NCBI GenBank assembly: GCA_934272785.1 | Contig: CAKQSE010000001.1 | Location: 41,212-105,211 of the forward strand | DNA length: 64,000 bases | Source: an uncultured Alphaproteobacteria bacterium | Lineage (GTDB): Bacteria; Pseudomonadota; Alphaproteobacteria; Rs-D84 | Direction of reading: 5' to 3' | Made by a program: the position numbers and the translations under genes | Notes under the pieces: model-generated | What the model was told of the DNA's origin: nothing | Databases searched by the model: none | The model's input: only the letters and a program-made list of their open reading frames with translations | In this document: positions 28,771-38,749 of the stretch, in pieces | Position numbering within the stretch: the first letter of the stretch is position 1 | Layout: each line of letters starts with the position of its first letter

Positions 28771-28974
28771 ATGGCTGATAAAAAATCAACTGAATATCCA
28801 CCGCGCTGGTGCAAATATTGTCGCTATTTTGGTGAATATCAGGTTTGGTATGTCTGTTATCGTCCGCTGTTGGTGCGCGTTGGATTTTTGCAACCCGAAA
28901 CAGTGCCGTTTTCTGGTTGCTGTGAACATTTCAAATTTGCAAAACGTTATACCACGAAACAAAAGACCAGATAA
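28771..28974 (+). CDS. hypothetical Cys-rich mini-protein (67 aa)
   Basis: WCKYCRYF…YVCY…SGCCEHF has two Cys pairs. It fits tightly between fmt (ends 28769) and truA (starts 28978). Confidence 0.4.
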   Translation: MADKKSTEYPPRWCKYCRYFGEYQVWYVCYRPLLVRVGFLQPETVPFSGCCEHFKFAKRYTTKQKTR

Positions 28975-28977
28975 CCC

Positions 28978-29721
28978 ATGACACGATTTCGCGTAACACT
29001 GGAATATGACGGCACAGATCTAATCGGCTGGCAAGAAAATCGCCAGGGCCCATCGGTCCAGTCTGTGTTGCGTGATGCGATTTATGCGTTTTGTGGTGCG
29101 CGTCCTGATGTTGTCGCGGCGGGGCGTACCGATGCCGGTGTGCATGCGATTGCAATGGTGGCGCATTTTGATTTGCCTGGCGATTACACCGCAAACACGG
29201 TTATGCGTGCGGTGAATTTTTATCTGGTGGGTCGGCCTGTTGTGATTACATCGTGTGACATGGTGGCCGATGATTTTAATGCACGATTTGATTGCACGGC
29301 GCGCCATTATAAATACATTGTTTTGAATCGCAGTGCCGCCCCGGTATTAAATAAAAATCGCGTGTGGTGGGTGCCGCGTGCGCTGGACATTGATGCAATG
29401 CGCGGTGCCGCGTCACGTCTGGTGGGGCATCACGATTTTACCAGTTTTCGCGCCACCCAGTGCCAGGCCAAAAGTCCGATAAAAACACTGGATTCATGCA
29501 GCGTTACAAAAAACGGCGATGAAATAATTTTTGAATTTTCGGCGCGTTCATTTCTGCATCACCAGGTGCGAAATATGGTTGGGACATTGGTTGAAATTGG
29601 CCTGGGCAAACCATACGACATTGATGAAATATTCGCCGCGCGATCGCGCAGTGCCGCCGGCCCCACCGCCCCGGCGTCGGGATTGTATTTTATTGCGGCC
29701 GACTATGCCACGGACGATTGA
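28978..29721 (+). CDS. truA: tRNA pseudouridine(38-40) synthase
   Basis: RFRVTLEYDGTDLIGWQ…AAGRTDAGVHA places the catalytic Asp in the GRTDAGVHA motif. Confidence 0.9.
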   Translation: MTRFRVTLEYDGTDLIGWQENRQGPSVQSVLRDAIYAFCGARPDVVAAGRTDAGVHAIAMVAHFDLPGDYTANTVMRAVNFYLVGRPVVITSCDMVADDFNARFDCTARHYKYIVLNRSAAPVLNKNRVWWVPRALDIDAMRGAASRLVGHHDFTSFRATQCQAKSPIKTLDSCSVTKNGDEIIFEFSARSFLHHQVRNMVGTLVEIGLGKPYDIDEIFAARSRSAAGPTAPASGLYFIAADYATDD

Positions 29722-31660
29722 TAGGCACGTATTGAACGCGACCTGATGGATATATCACAAATCCATTGCGCAGTATTTTATGATTACAGTGTGGCGCATC
29801 AATATTAAAATATGACACGATGTATTTCACACTGTCGTCGCGACACAGTTGAACAATATTTTTGGCCAGTGGCACAAATTTCTGGATATAAACCAATTTG
29901 AATTTTGGTGTGGTAAAGGTATAGACGCCATGGTCGTGCTTTTTACGAATGTTTGGTGTATCTGTTTTGTCGCCACGCAATTGTTTCCAGGTATCAAATG
30001 CAAAGTAATGATTTGACGCGCGCGATTTGTTAAATACCAATTTGCCGTCCTGGACAAAACCGACCAGTTCATGATCATACGTCGCCATAAATACCGGACG
30101 CGGATTGGCAATGGTAACAATAATACCGACCATGGCAATTGCGGCAAACAGCGCACAGTTTATTTTGCGCGTGCGAAATTTTAATAACACCAACGCCATA
30201 AATGCCAGAATGAATATAACCAGTGCCGCATTTGGAATATGTGGCATACCAACCGTTGCACCGGGTATCGCGACAATTTTGTGCGCGATGGCCAATGTCG
30301 CATTATAAACATTGTCGGCCCAGTCCAATGGAAACCTCAGTCCAAATGTTGTGGTAACCGTTCCCACAATTACCAGTGGCATAATCGCAACCGAAAATAT
30401 CGGCAACAATACCAGATTCCCAATCAGTCCATATAACGGAAATGAATAAAAGTGCGCAACAACAAACGGTGCCGTAAATATCGTTGCGACGACGGATGTC
30501 ATTGTCGCGGTATAGATAAATTTTAAAATCTTGTTTTCTGGGGTGCGTGGTCGCACCACGCCCCAAAACCATACCAGGCCAAAAATCGCGGCAAACGATA
30601 ATTGAAAACCGGCCTGCATTACATAATGCGGATTGATACAGAATATGACCAACATTGCCATACACACATTGCGCAATGAAATTGCGTCACGCCCCATTAT
30701 GATTGCGGTGAACACAAATGACGCCATCAGAAACGCGCGCATTGTCGCAACGTCGCACCCTGATAAAAATAAATAGAATCCCAATCCAACCCATGCACAT
30801 ATTGTTGCGGGAATTCGTGCCGGCATGCGACGCGTAACGGGTGCAATCAACCGAAATATGCCAAAGAATATCGCAAACAGCCAACCCGATACCAGGGTTA
30901 CGTGAAATCCGCTGATTGACCAAACGTGGCCGATTCCGACCGCGGTCCATACCGGCCCATCATCACGTGGCACGGCGTTTTTATAGCCCAGGACCAAACT
31001 GTCACTAAGAAACGAATTTGTTTTTGTATGCAGATAATTGCGCAGTTTTGCAATATGTGCGCCGCCGCCAGATGTTATGATTTTAAAATCTTTGATATAT
31101 CCTGTGGCGGTCAGATTATTAAAATATGACCAACGCGCATAATCAAATGCGGTCGGTGCATACGCGGGGCTGGGGCGATACAGATTTACGGTTGCCGAAA
31201 TTGTGTCGCCGATTTCTGGGGTTGCGTTTGTCAGTTGGGTTGATACGCGAATTGTTGCACTGCTTGTGGTAATTTGGTTCGGCGCGGTGCGAATAAATAT
31301 GCGCGCCCGGTCGTCGGTATAGTCGATGTTTCGAACGGTGCCGATAACCGTAACATCACGCAGTGGGTGCGCGATTTGTGGCGTCTGGAACGTGTGCGTG
31401 AACGCCATCGCATACATAAAACCAAACGCAAATGTTGCGCCGCCGCGCAACAATATTGGCGCGCGTCGCCACAATGCAATCGCGCCAAAAAATATGACAA
31501 AAATCCACGGGAAAATTATTCTGGGTTCCACGTTACATGTGAAATACAGTGCGGCACCAAATGCCATCAAAAACGGCACCCATAAAAATTTATTATCTGA
31601 TTGATTTTCCCAGAATTCATGCATGTGAAAATTATAGGAATTTATTTCACCCACATGCAA
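29690..31660 (-). CDS. comEC: ComEC/Rec2 family DNA internalisation channel protein
   Basis: 656 aa polytopic membrane protein with the competence-domain pattern. Its 3' end overlaps the truA 3' end convergently. Confidence 0.75.
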   Translation of the reverse strand: MHVGEINSYNFHMHEFWENQSDNKFLWVPFLMAFGAALYFTCNVEPRIIFPWIFVIFFGAIALWRRAPILLRGGATFAFGFMYAMAFTHTFQTPQIAHPLRDVTVIGTVRNIDYTDDRARIFIRTAPNQITTSSATIRVSTQLTNATPEIGDTISATVNLYRPSPAYAPTAFDYARWSYFNNLTATGYIKDFKIITSGGGAHIAKLRNYLHTKTNSFLSDSLVLGYKNAVPRDDGPVWTAVGIGHVWSISGFHVTLVSGWLFAIFFGIFRLIAPVTRRMPARIPATICAWVGLGFYLFLSGCDVATMRAFLMASFVFTAIIMGRDAISLRNVCMAMLVIFCINPHYVMQAGFQLSFAAIFGLVWFWGVVRPRTPENKILKFIYTATMTSVVATIFTAPFVVAHFYSFPLYGLIGNLVLLPIFSVAIMPLVIVGTVTTTFGLRFPLDWADNVYNATLAIAHKIVAIPGATVGMPHIPNAALVIFILAFMALVLLKFRTRKINCALFAAIAMVGIIVTIANPRPVFMATYDHELVGFVQDGKLVFNKSRASNHYFAFDTWKQLRGDKTDTPNIRKKHDHGVYTFTTPKFKLVYIQKFVPLAKNIVQLCRDDSVKYIVSYFNIDAPHCNHKILRNGFVIYPSGRVQYVPINRPWHSRPQ

Positions 31661-31677
31661 TTGAAAAATGCCAAAAT

Positions 31678-31992
31678 TTATTTGCCAAATATAAACGACG
31701 TATCGGCGGTCAGGCGGATTATTTCGTCCATATTGTCATCGTCCGATGTATGTTGGCGGATGATTTTCCCACACTGTTCACATTTGTGTGTGATAACAAA
31801 TCGTGCGCCGTCCGGGGCACATTCAATCGGGCGCATCATTCCGCCACAAATCGCTGCGCGGTCGCCCGGTGCGTTATCCACGTGGCGTGACCATAAACAC
31901 ACGGGGCAATGATTTGTATAACCATTGCCCCGAACATGTGCGCCACAGTGGGCGCATGTGAAATCTTCGACTGTCTTGGTAAAGCGTTTCAT
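31678..31992 (-). CDS. RNHCP domain-containing protein
   Basis: FTCAHCGAHVRGNGYTNHCPVCLWSRHVD is the R-N-H-C-P motif with four Cys pairs. It is coupled to gapR. Confidence 0.7.
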   Translation of the reverse strand: MKRFTKTVEDFTCAHCGAHVRGNGYTNHCPVCLWSRHVDNAPGDRAAICGGMMRPIECAPDGARFVITHKCEQCGKIIRQHTSDDDNMDEIIRLTADTSFIFGK

Positions 31993-32240
31993 TACAGCCC
32001 CAGTGCGCTGCGATACATCTGGGTCAATTCGTCCGCTTCGTCCAATTCATCTGGGTCCAGTTTACGCAGGCGTATCATCTGGCGAATATATTTCGGATCG
32101 AACCCGGCGGATTTCGCCTCGCTATAAATTTCTTTGATATCGGCGGCGATGTTCGCGGCATCTTCGTTTAATTTTTCAATGCGTTGAATTACGCTAAGTA
32201 ATTGTTGGTTGTCAATTGCGCCGTGATTTGCGTTTTTCAT
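31992..32240 (-). CDS. gapR: GapR-like nucleoid-associated protein (DUF2312)
   Basis: QLLSVIQRIEKLNEDAANIAADIKEIYSEAKSAGFDPKYIRQMIRLRKLDPDELDE closely parallels Caulobacter GapR (…[50 protein letters not shown]…). Confidence 0.8.
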   Translation of the reverse strand: MKNANHGAIDNQQLLSVIQRIEKLNEDAANIAADIKEIYSEAKSAGFDPKYIRQMIRLRKLDPDELDEADELTQMYRSALGL

Positions 32241-32333
32241 GTCCTTTTCCCCTTGTTTATCTGTCCATTTTATGATATATCATAAATCGTAAAAATCAAG
32301 AAAAACGAAACTAAAAAACAAAGCGGAAAAATT

Positions 32334-33704
32334 ATGAATAAATTTACAAAAATCACTGCATCTATTGGCCCAAAGTGCGAGGATTATGATACACTGGCCC
32401 GTATGGTGCGCGCGGGAATGAACGTATGCCGATTGAATTTCAGCCACGATACTGGCGATGTCCAGGGGGCCAAGATTGATTTAATTCGCCGTGTGGCGTC
32501 TGATTTAAATACACCTGTGGCAATTATGATTGACTTGCAGGGGCCAAAACATCGCATTGGAAATTTTGCGACCGAGGATAAATATCCACTGACCATCGGG
32601 CAAAAATTCGTATTTGATGATGACCCGACGCCGGGCGACGCAACGCGTGTCCAGTTGCCAGATACCGATGTTATGAAATCGTTAAATCCGGGCGACAGAA
32701 TCCTGTTAAACGATGGTAAAATTGAAATGACGGTGGACAGTGTTGCAAACAATAAAATCGTTGCAACGGTTGTTCGTGGGGACGAAATTTGGTCCCGCCG
32801 TGGGTTTAATTTGCCCGATACGGATATCGCGACATCTGTCTTGACGCCCAAGGATCGTGCGGATTTGGAATATGCAATTACGAAAAATCCGGATTGGGTT
32901 GCCATCTCGTTTGTTCAACGGCCCGAAGATGTGGCCGAGGTTCGCGATTTCATCACCGCCCGCACGTCACACCCGATAAAAATCATTGCCAAGATTGAAC
33001 GTCCAAACGCGGTTGAACGCATTGCAGAAATTGCCGCCGCCGCCGATGGTATTATGGTTGCGCGTGGTGACCTGGCCGTAGAGGTTCCGTTTGAACAGGT
33101 CCCAGCCATTTCGCGTCACATTATTCGCACGTGCCGTATGTTAAATCGCCCGGTTATTATGGCGACCCAGATGTTGGGCACCATGGTGGCCAGTGAATTT
33201 CCAACCCGTGCCGAAATCAGCGACGTTGCAAATGCGGCGTATCTGCGCACGGATTCAACCATGACATCCGAAGAAACAACAATCGGCATCAATCCGGTGA
33301 ACGTTATTGAAACCATGGCCAAGATTGTAACCTATGCCGACTATGATGCGATTTCGCACCCCAGTGATTGGTTGCGCACAGAAAACGTTCCTGAAAACGA
33401 TTGGTCGCGTTCGGTTGCGTCAATGGCGTATCTGAATCACGCATCGGCGATTGTTGTGTTTGCACGTGATACAGATATCGCGACCAAGATTTCTTGTCGC
33501 AAGCCTGATATTCCAATCATCGCGGTATGCCGTGACGCGGTTGTCGCAAACCAGTTGTGTCTGTCGCGTGGCGTGTTCCCAATTTGCGATGACACATTGT
33601 TTGGCCAGCGTGATGGATTTAATTCCGCGCGTCGTTTTGGAATTGCGTCCGGGCAATTGGTAATTGTCGATGACGAGAAAATTAGTCTGCGTTCGATGGA
33701 TTAA
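32334..33704 (+). CDS. pyk: pyruvate kinase
   Basis: KITASIGPKCEDYDTLARMVRAGMNVCRLNFSHDTGD plus the MVARGDLAVEVPFEQVP active-site region. Confidence 0.9.
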   Translation: MNKFTKITASIGPKCEDYDTLARMVRAGMNVCRLNFSHDTGDVQGAKIDLIRRVASDLNTPVAIMIDLQGPKHRIGNFATEDKYPLTIGQKFVFDDDPTPGDATRVQLPDTDVMKSLNPGDRILLNDGKIEMTVDSVANNKIVATVVRGDEIWSRRGFNLPDTDIATSVLTPKDRADLEYAITKNPDWVAISFVQRPEDVAEVRDFITARTSHPIKIIAKIERPNAVERIAEIAAAADGIMVARGDLAVEVPFEQVPAISRHIIRTCRMLNRPVIMATQMLGTMVASEFPTRAEISDVANAAYLRTDSTMTSEETTIGINPVNVIETMAKIVTYADYDAISHPSDWLRTENVPENDWSRSVASMAYLNHASAIVVFARDTDIATKISCRKPDIPIIAVCRDAVVANQLCLSRGVFPICDDTLFGQRDGFNSARRFGIASGQLVIVDDEKISLRSMD

Positions 33705-33778
33705 ATTCAGTGCGCCCCAGGGCGCACTTATTTGTTGACCCGTATGCGCATTTTTTACTAACATTGATATCATCAAAG

Positions 33779-34933
33779 ATGAGAAGGGTTTTAATCGCAT
33801 TTTTTATCGGTGTGTTTTTGTCTGGTGGCGCGATGGCGGCACAATATCGTGCGGCCTTGGTCGCCAATATGGACAATGGCCGCGTTTTGATAAAAGAAAA
33901 TTCGGACCAGTTAAATTATCCCGCGTCACTGACCAAAATTATGACGTTGTATTTAACGTTTGACGCATTGGAACATGGTCGGTTGCATTTGGACGATTAC
34001 TTGATTGTATCAAATTCGGCCGCGGCCGCATCGCCGGTAAAACTGGGCATTGCCGCCGGCAGCAAGATTAGCGTCGAAGACGCGATAAAGGCCGTTGCGG
34101 TATTGAGTGCGAATGATGTCGCACGCGTCCTGGCCGAAAATTTAAAGGGCGGCAAAGAAGGCAATTTTGCCGATATGATGACGCGCGTTGCAAATGAAAT
34201 TGGCCTGACAAATACTAATTTTGAAAATTCATCTGGACTGCCAAATGACGACCATATGTCAACGGCGCGCGATATTGCGTTGCTGTCTATGGCGGTGTAT
34301 AAACACTTTCCGCAATATTGGAAATATTTCGGTATCAGAACGTGGACATATAACGGCAAAACATACACAAACGGAAATCGTCTGTTGGCGTCATACCCGG
34401 GGTGTGACGGTATGAAAACCGGTTTCACGAACAAGTCGCGTTATTCTCTGGTTGCCACGGCAAAGCGTGATGGCACGCATTTGATTGTTGTCGTCTTGGG
34501 GGCGGAAAACAAGGACGTGCGCGCATCTGTCGCGACCCAGTTATTAAATCGCGGTTTTGCAATGTTGGGGACGGATGCCACAACAGTCGTAAAGAATTCG
34601 CCGGTGGCATCGAATGCCGCCCCACAAACAATGTCGGCGGCATACAGTGCGGCAACCGCATCTGCGGCACCAACGTATAACGTCACACCTGCGCGCACGG
34701 TGCCGGCAACGTCGGCGGGAAATGCGGGCGTGCAATTTGGTGCATTTTCGTCCCAGAACGCCGCCGCGACCCAGGTTGCAAATGTGAAAAATAAACTGGG
34801 CGTTACCGCCACGATTGAGCCCACCGCAAATGGCATGTATCGCGTTCGTGCAAACGGTTTGTCGGATGCCACTGCCGCCGATATTCGCACGCGCGCGTCG
34901 GCAATGGGAATTGACTGTTACGTATTTCATTGA
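33779..34933 (+). CDS. D-alanyl-D-alanine carboxypeptidase (PBP5/DacC-like) fused to a C-terminal SPOR domain
   Basis: Signal peptide MRRVLIAFFIGVFLSGGAMA, S-x-x-K motif PASLTKIM, S-x-N motif LSANDV and a KTG box. A Ser/Ala/Thr-rich linker leads to GVQFGAFSSQNAAATQ…YRVRANGLSDATAADIRTRASAMGIDCYVF, a SPOR fold signature. Confidence 0.8.
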   Translation: MRRVLIAFFIGVFLSGGAMAAQYRAALVANMDNGRVLIKENSDQLNYPASLTKIMTLYLTFDALEHGRLHLDDYLIVSNSAAAASPVKLGIAAGSKISVEDAIKAVAVLSANDVARVLAENLKGGKEGNFADMMTRVANEIGLTNTNFENSSGLPNDDHMSTARDIALLSMAVYKHFPQYWKYFGIRTWTYNGKTYTNGNRLLASYPGCDGMKTGFTNKSRYSLVATAKRDGTHLIVVVLGAENKDVRASVATQLLNRGFAMLGTDATTVVKNSPVASNAAPQTMSAAYSAATASAAPTYNVTPARTVPATSAGNAGVQFGAFSSQNAAATQVANVKNKLGVTATIEPTANGMYRVRANGLSDATAADIRTRASAMGIDCYVFH

Positions 34934-34948
34934 TAAGGTGCGTTTGCA

Positions 34949-35548
34949 ATGAATCCACTGATTGAAAAATTGATTAAACAATTTGCGCGTCTGCCACGTG
35001 TTGGTGCCCGCGGGGGCCAGCGTATTGCCCTGGCACTGTTACAGGATAAAACCGGTCGCGCCGAAATGTTGGCGGCGGCAATTCATGACGCGGTTGAAAA
35101 TATTGCGCCGTGCCCGAATTGTGGCGTGCTGACCGACCGGGCGTCGGGGCGGTGTGAATTCTGTCGCAATGCCGCGCGTGCAAATGGCGCGTTGTGCATC
35201 GTGCGTGATTTGTCAGATGTTTGGACATTGGAAAAGTCGGGCGTTTTTCACGGGCGGTATCATATCTTGGGTGGATTGTTGTCTGGGGCGACCGGCACAA
35301 CACCCGATGATTTAAATATCGGAACATTGCCCGCCCGCATCGTGGACGAGGGGGTGCACGAAATCATATTCGCATTACCCAACACGGTCGAGGGGAAAAC
35401 AACCCAGCATTATGTTATGTCGGTAATCGGCAACCCGGGGAATGTTACATTTTCTGAATTGGCATCTGGGGTGCCATTGGGTGGTGATTTAGATTACCTG
35501 GACGATGGGACGTTATCATTGGCATTTGGGGGACGCAAAACAATATGA
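34949..35548 (+). CDS. recR: recombination protein RecR
   Basis: LIKQFARLPRVGARGGQRIAL helix-hairpin-helix, a C4 zinc finger CPNCG…CEFC and a Toprim domain. Confidence 0.9.
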   Translation: MNPLIEKLIKQFARLPRVGARGGQRIALALLQDKTGRAEMLAAAIHDAVENIAPCPNCGVLTDRASGRCEFCRNAARANGALCIVRDLSDVWTLEKSGVFHGRYHILGGLLSGATGTTPDDLNIGTLPARIVDEGVHEIIFALPNTVEGKTTQHYVMSVIGNPGNVTFSELASGVPLGGDLDYLDDGTLSLAFGGRKTI

Positions 35549-36369
35549 CAGACGCAATAAAATCTTTGCCGCCGGTTGCCGAAATGATGCGCGCATCGGG
35601 GCTGGAGCCCAAAAAGCAATTCGGACAAAATTTCTTGTTTGATTTGAATTTGACGGGACGCATCGCGCGCAGTGTGCCGGACATTGAACACACCGACGTT
35701 ATGGAAATTGGACCGGGACCGGGCGGTCTGACCCGCGCATTATTGATGGCGGGTGCGCGCCGCGTTATCGCAATTGAAAAAGACCCAACAACAAAACCCA
35801 TTTTAGATAAAATTGCCGCCGCCGCAGATGGTCGTTTGACCGTTATTTATGGTGACGCATTGCGTGTTGATACGCGCGCACTGGATTTAACCGAATACGC
35901 AATATGCGCAAATTTGCCATATAACGTTGGCACAGAATTATTTACGCGGTGGCTGGTCGCGGTGGCGTCTGGCGCGCCAATAAAATCCATGACATTGATG
36001 TTCCAGCGCGAGGTGGCGCAACGTATCACCGCGCGCGTGGGCGATGAACAATACGGTCGCCTGGCGGTTTTAACGTCACTGATTGCTGATGCCAAGATTT
36101 TGTTTGATGTGCCCAATACCGCGTTTGTTCCGCGCCCACGCGTTCAATCGGCGGTCGTATCGGTAATTCCAAATTCGGCCAAGATTCACAATATCGGCGA
36201 CGTGCAAAAATTGGAACAAATCACCGCCAAATTATTTGGCCAGCGTCGCAAGATGATACGTGGAATTATTCCAAACGTTGATTGGGCAAAATATGGATTG
36301 ACTGGGACCGAACGCGCCGAAGAATTATCGCCTGAAAAATTTTTACAATTGTCACGCGATTTGATATAA
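35545..36369 (+). CDS. rsmA: 16S rRNA (adenine1518/1519-N6)-dimethyltransferase
   Basis: QNFLFDLNLTGRIARSV…VMEIGPGPGGLTRALL SAM-binding motifs and the NLPYNVGT catalytic motif. Confidence 0.9.
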   Translation: MTDAIKSLPPVAEMMRASGLEPKKQFGQNFLFDLNLTGRIARSVPDIEHTDVMEIGPGPGGLTRALLMAGARRVIAIEKDPTTKPILDKIAAAADGRLTVIYGDALRVDTRALDLTEYAICANLPYNVGTELFTRWLVAVASGAPIKSMTLMFQREVAQRITARVGDEQYGRLAVLTSLIADAKILFDVPNTAFVPRPRVQSAVVSVIPNSAKIHNIGDVQKLEQITAKLFGQRRKMIRGIIPNVDWAKYGLTGTERAEELSPEKFLQLSRDLI

Positions 36370-36410
36370 TACCTGTGACATAAATCAATGGGGGAGAGGG
36401 GGACCACACT

Positions 36411-38114
36411 ATGACAGCATCATTGTCAATATTACTGTTTATCACGGTTGTTTTTGCATTGGTTTTTGCACTGCGCCTGGCGCGGATTGGGGCACTGGTT
36501 GCGTTTTTATTGGCGGGTATAATCGCCGGTCCATATGTGTTGAATTTATTCCAATTGACAGATAATTGGTCCACGCTGGGCAATCTGGGAATAATGTTCC
36601 TGTGGTTCATGTTGGGACTGGGGATAAATATGCGTCGCCTGTGGGGATTGCGTCGTGCGATATTTGGTTTTGGCGCGGCCCAGGTTTTAATGGTTGTGGC
36701 GATGTTGTTCCCGTTGCTGTTTGGGTTGACCGGCTGGTCCATTATGGGATGCGTTATGGTGGCGTTGATGCTGTCAATGTCCAGCACATCCGAAGATATG
36801 CAATTACTGGCAGACCGTAACCAGATAAACACGGAAATGGGTCGGCAAACATTTTCTATTTTGTTATTCCAAGATTTACTGGCGATTCCGCTGTTGGCGA
36901 TGATGCCGGTGCTGGCGGGGAAATCATTTAACTTTGGCGCAATGGCGATTGACGTATTGGTGTGGTCGGTTGTCCTGGTGCTGGGCGTGGTGGTTATTGG
37001 TCGGTTCGTTTTAAACCCACTGATGCGCCAGGTCGCGCGCCTGAAATCCAAAGAGGCATTTTTGCTGGCGATTTTGTTGAATATTGCACTGTGGGCGGGC
37101 ATTGCCGATTGGATTGGTATGCCGGTCGGATTGGGCGCGTTCTTGGCGGGTATGTTGCTGTCTGAAACGATTTATAATCACCAGGTCAACGCCGAAATCA
37201 GTCCGTATGCGATGTTGTTCCTGGCGTTCTTTTTCATATCATTGGGTATGAGTTTGAATTTATCCGTCCTGGGGCATTATTGGTATATCGTGCTGGCGGG
37301 TGTTATTGGTTTGGTCGCGGCAAAGTTTGTTGCGATATTTATGGTCGCGCGTGTCCGTCGTGTTGGTGTGCCAGATGCGGTGATGATTGCGCTGGTCCTG
37401 TCCCAGGCGGGCGAATTCGGTTTGTTGATGTTACAGACAATGCGCACATCAGGCATTGACGCAATCCCTGCATCGCACCAAGAGGTTCTGACGGCGATAA
37501 TCATGCTGTCGATAATGGCGACGCCACTATTGTTGGCGGTGTTTGACCGTCTGCAACGCACCGGGAAATTATTCAGCCCCAGCATTATGCCATCGCGTCC
37601 ACGTGCGTCTGATCGTCCGGCGGTTGTGATTTGCGGGTTTGGCCGTGTGGGTCAAATCGTTGCCCAAATGTTACAGGCCCAGAAAATATCATACGTTGCG
37701 CTGGATATGGATGTAAATACTGTAATGTTGGGACGCGAACACGGATATAACGTTGTCTATGGCAATTCAACAAATGCCGATGTTTTGACGGATGTTGGCC
37801 TGACCCCGCGCAAGACGCGTGCGGTTGTGGTCGCGTTGGACAATGCGTCAACGGCGCGTGATGCCGTTATCACGGTGCGTGAAATTGCGCCACGTGTGCG
37901 TGTGTTTGCGCGTGCGCGTAACCTGACGGAATCAAAGTTATTGTTAAAAGAGGGGGCGCAAATCGCATTGCCCGAAACAATTGAAAGTTCGCTGTTCCTG
38001 GGCTATGGCGTGTTGGAACACATGGGTGTGTCCCAGGGCGCAATCACCCGAATATTGAACGAATTGCGCGACGATAATTACGCCCGCGTTGATAACCCAG
38101 TGTCGGATAAATAG
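36411..38114 (+). CDS. CPA2 family K+/H+ antiporter with C-terminal RCK/TrkA-N domain (KefB/KefC-like)
   Basis: About 12-13 TM Na+/H+-exchanger domain, then a Rossmann region VVICGFGRVGQIVAQML. Confidence 0.85.
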   Translation: MTASLSILLFITVVFALVFALRLARIGALVAFLLAGIIAGPYVLNLFQLTDNWSTLGNLGIMFLWFMLGLGINMRRLWGLRRAIFGFGAAQVLMVVAMLFPLLFGLTGWSIMGCVMVALMLSMSSTSEDMQLLADRNQINTEMGRQTFSILLFQDLLAIPLLAMMPVLAGKSFNFGAMAIDVLVWSVVLVLGVVVIGRFVLNPLMRQVARLKSKEAFLLAILLNIALWAGIADWIGMPVGLGAFLAGMLLSETIYNHQVNAEISPYAMLFLAFFFISLGMSLNLSVLGHYWYIVLAGVIGLVAAKFVAIFMVARVRRVGVPDAVMIALVLSQAGEFGLLMLQTMRTSGIDAIPASHQEVLTAIIMLSIMATPLLLAVFDRLQRTGKLFSPSIMPSRPRASDRPAVVICGFGRVGQIVAQMLQAQKISYVALDMDVNTVMLGREHGYNVVYGNSTNADVLTDVGLTPRKTRAVVVALDNASTARDAVITVREIAPRVRVFARARNLTESKLLLKEGAQIALPETIESSLFLGYGVLEHMGVSQGAITRILNELRDDNYARVDNPVSDK

Positions 38115-38203
38115 CGACCCATAAAACAATGTCCCGGAAACGGGACATTTTATTTGCATTTGCGTGCGCACATTGGTATATTTCGGCGTATAGGGACGGA
38201 AAA

Positions 38204-38749
38204 ATGAAAAAGAATATATTACTGTGTATTGCAATTATTGTGGCGGCGGTCGCGCTGGACGCGGTGACCAAGGGGGCATTGCTGTATCTGATAACAGGTG
38301 GCGTGCCGGTGTCGGGCCCGGCGTGGGACATTGTGCCGGTGCCGTATTTGATGGCACATGTGACCGATTGGTTTAACATTGTGTTCACATGGAACCCGGG
38401 CGCATCGTTTTCAATGCTGCGCACTGTGGGCGAGGGGGCGCCCCTGCTTATCGTGCTGGCCACGGGATTTATAATCGGCTTTATCGGGTATTACCTGTTT
38501 GCACGCGCAGAAAAATATGAACGCGTGCCACTGGCGTTGATTGTTGGTGGGGCGTTGGGAAATCTGATTGACCGTGTGCGTTTTGGCGCGGTGGTGGATT
38601 TCTTAGACTTTCATATTGGTGGGGCACATTGGCCGGCATTTAATGTCGCCGACATTTGCATTTGTGTGGGTGTTGCACTATATATCTTGAACTGGGTTAT
38701 TGCGCGTCGTCGTTGCATGGCGTCTGTTAAATCAAAGGGTAAAAAGTAA
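38204..38749 (+). CDS. lspA: lipoprotein signal peptidase II
   Basis: Four TM segments with conserved WNPGASFS and NLIDR motifs. Its stop overlaps the yidC start. Confidence 0.85.
   Translation: MKKNILLCIAIIVAAVALDAVTKGALLYLITGGVPVSGPAWDIVPVPYLMAHVTDWFNIVFTWNPGASFSMLRTVGEGAPLLIVLATGFIIGFIGYYLFARAEKYERVPLALIVGGALGNLIDRVRFGAVVDFLDFHIGGAHWPAFNVADICICVGVALYILNWVIARRRCMASVKSKGKK

Noticed and set aside
36266-37102. 278-aa minus-strand ORF overlapping rsmA and the KefC-like antiporter gene
   Set aside because: Antisense to two well-supported genes, with low-complexity composition.
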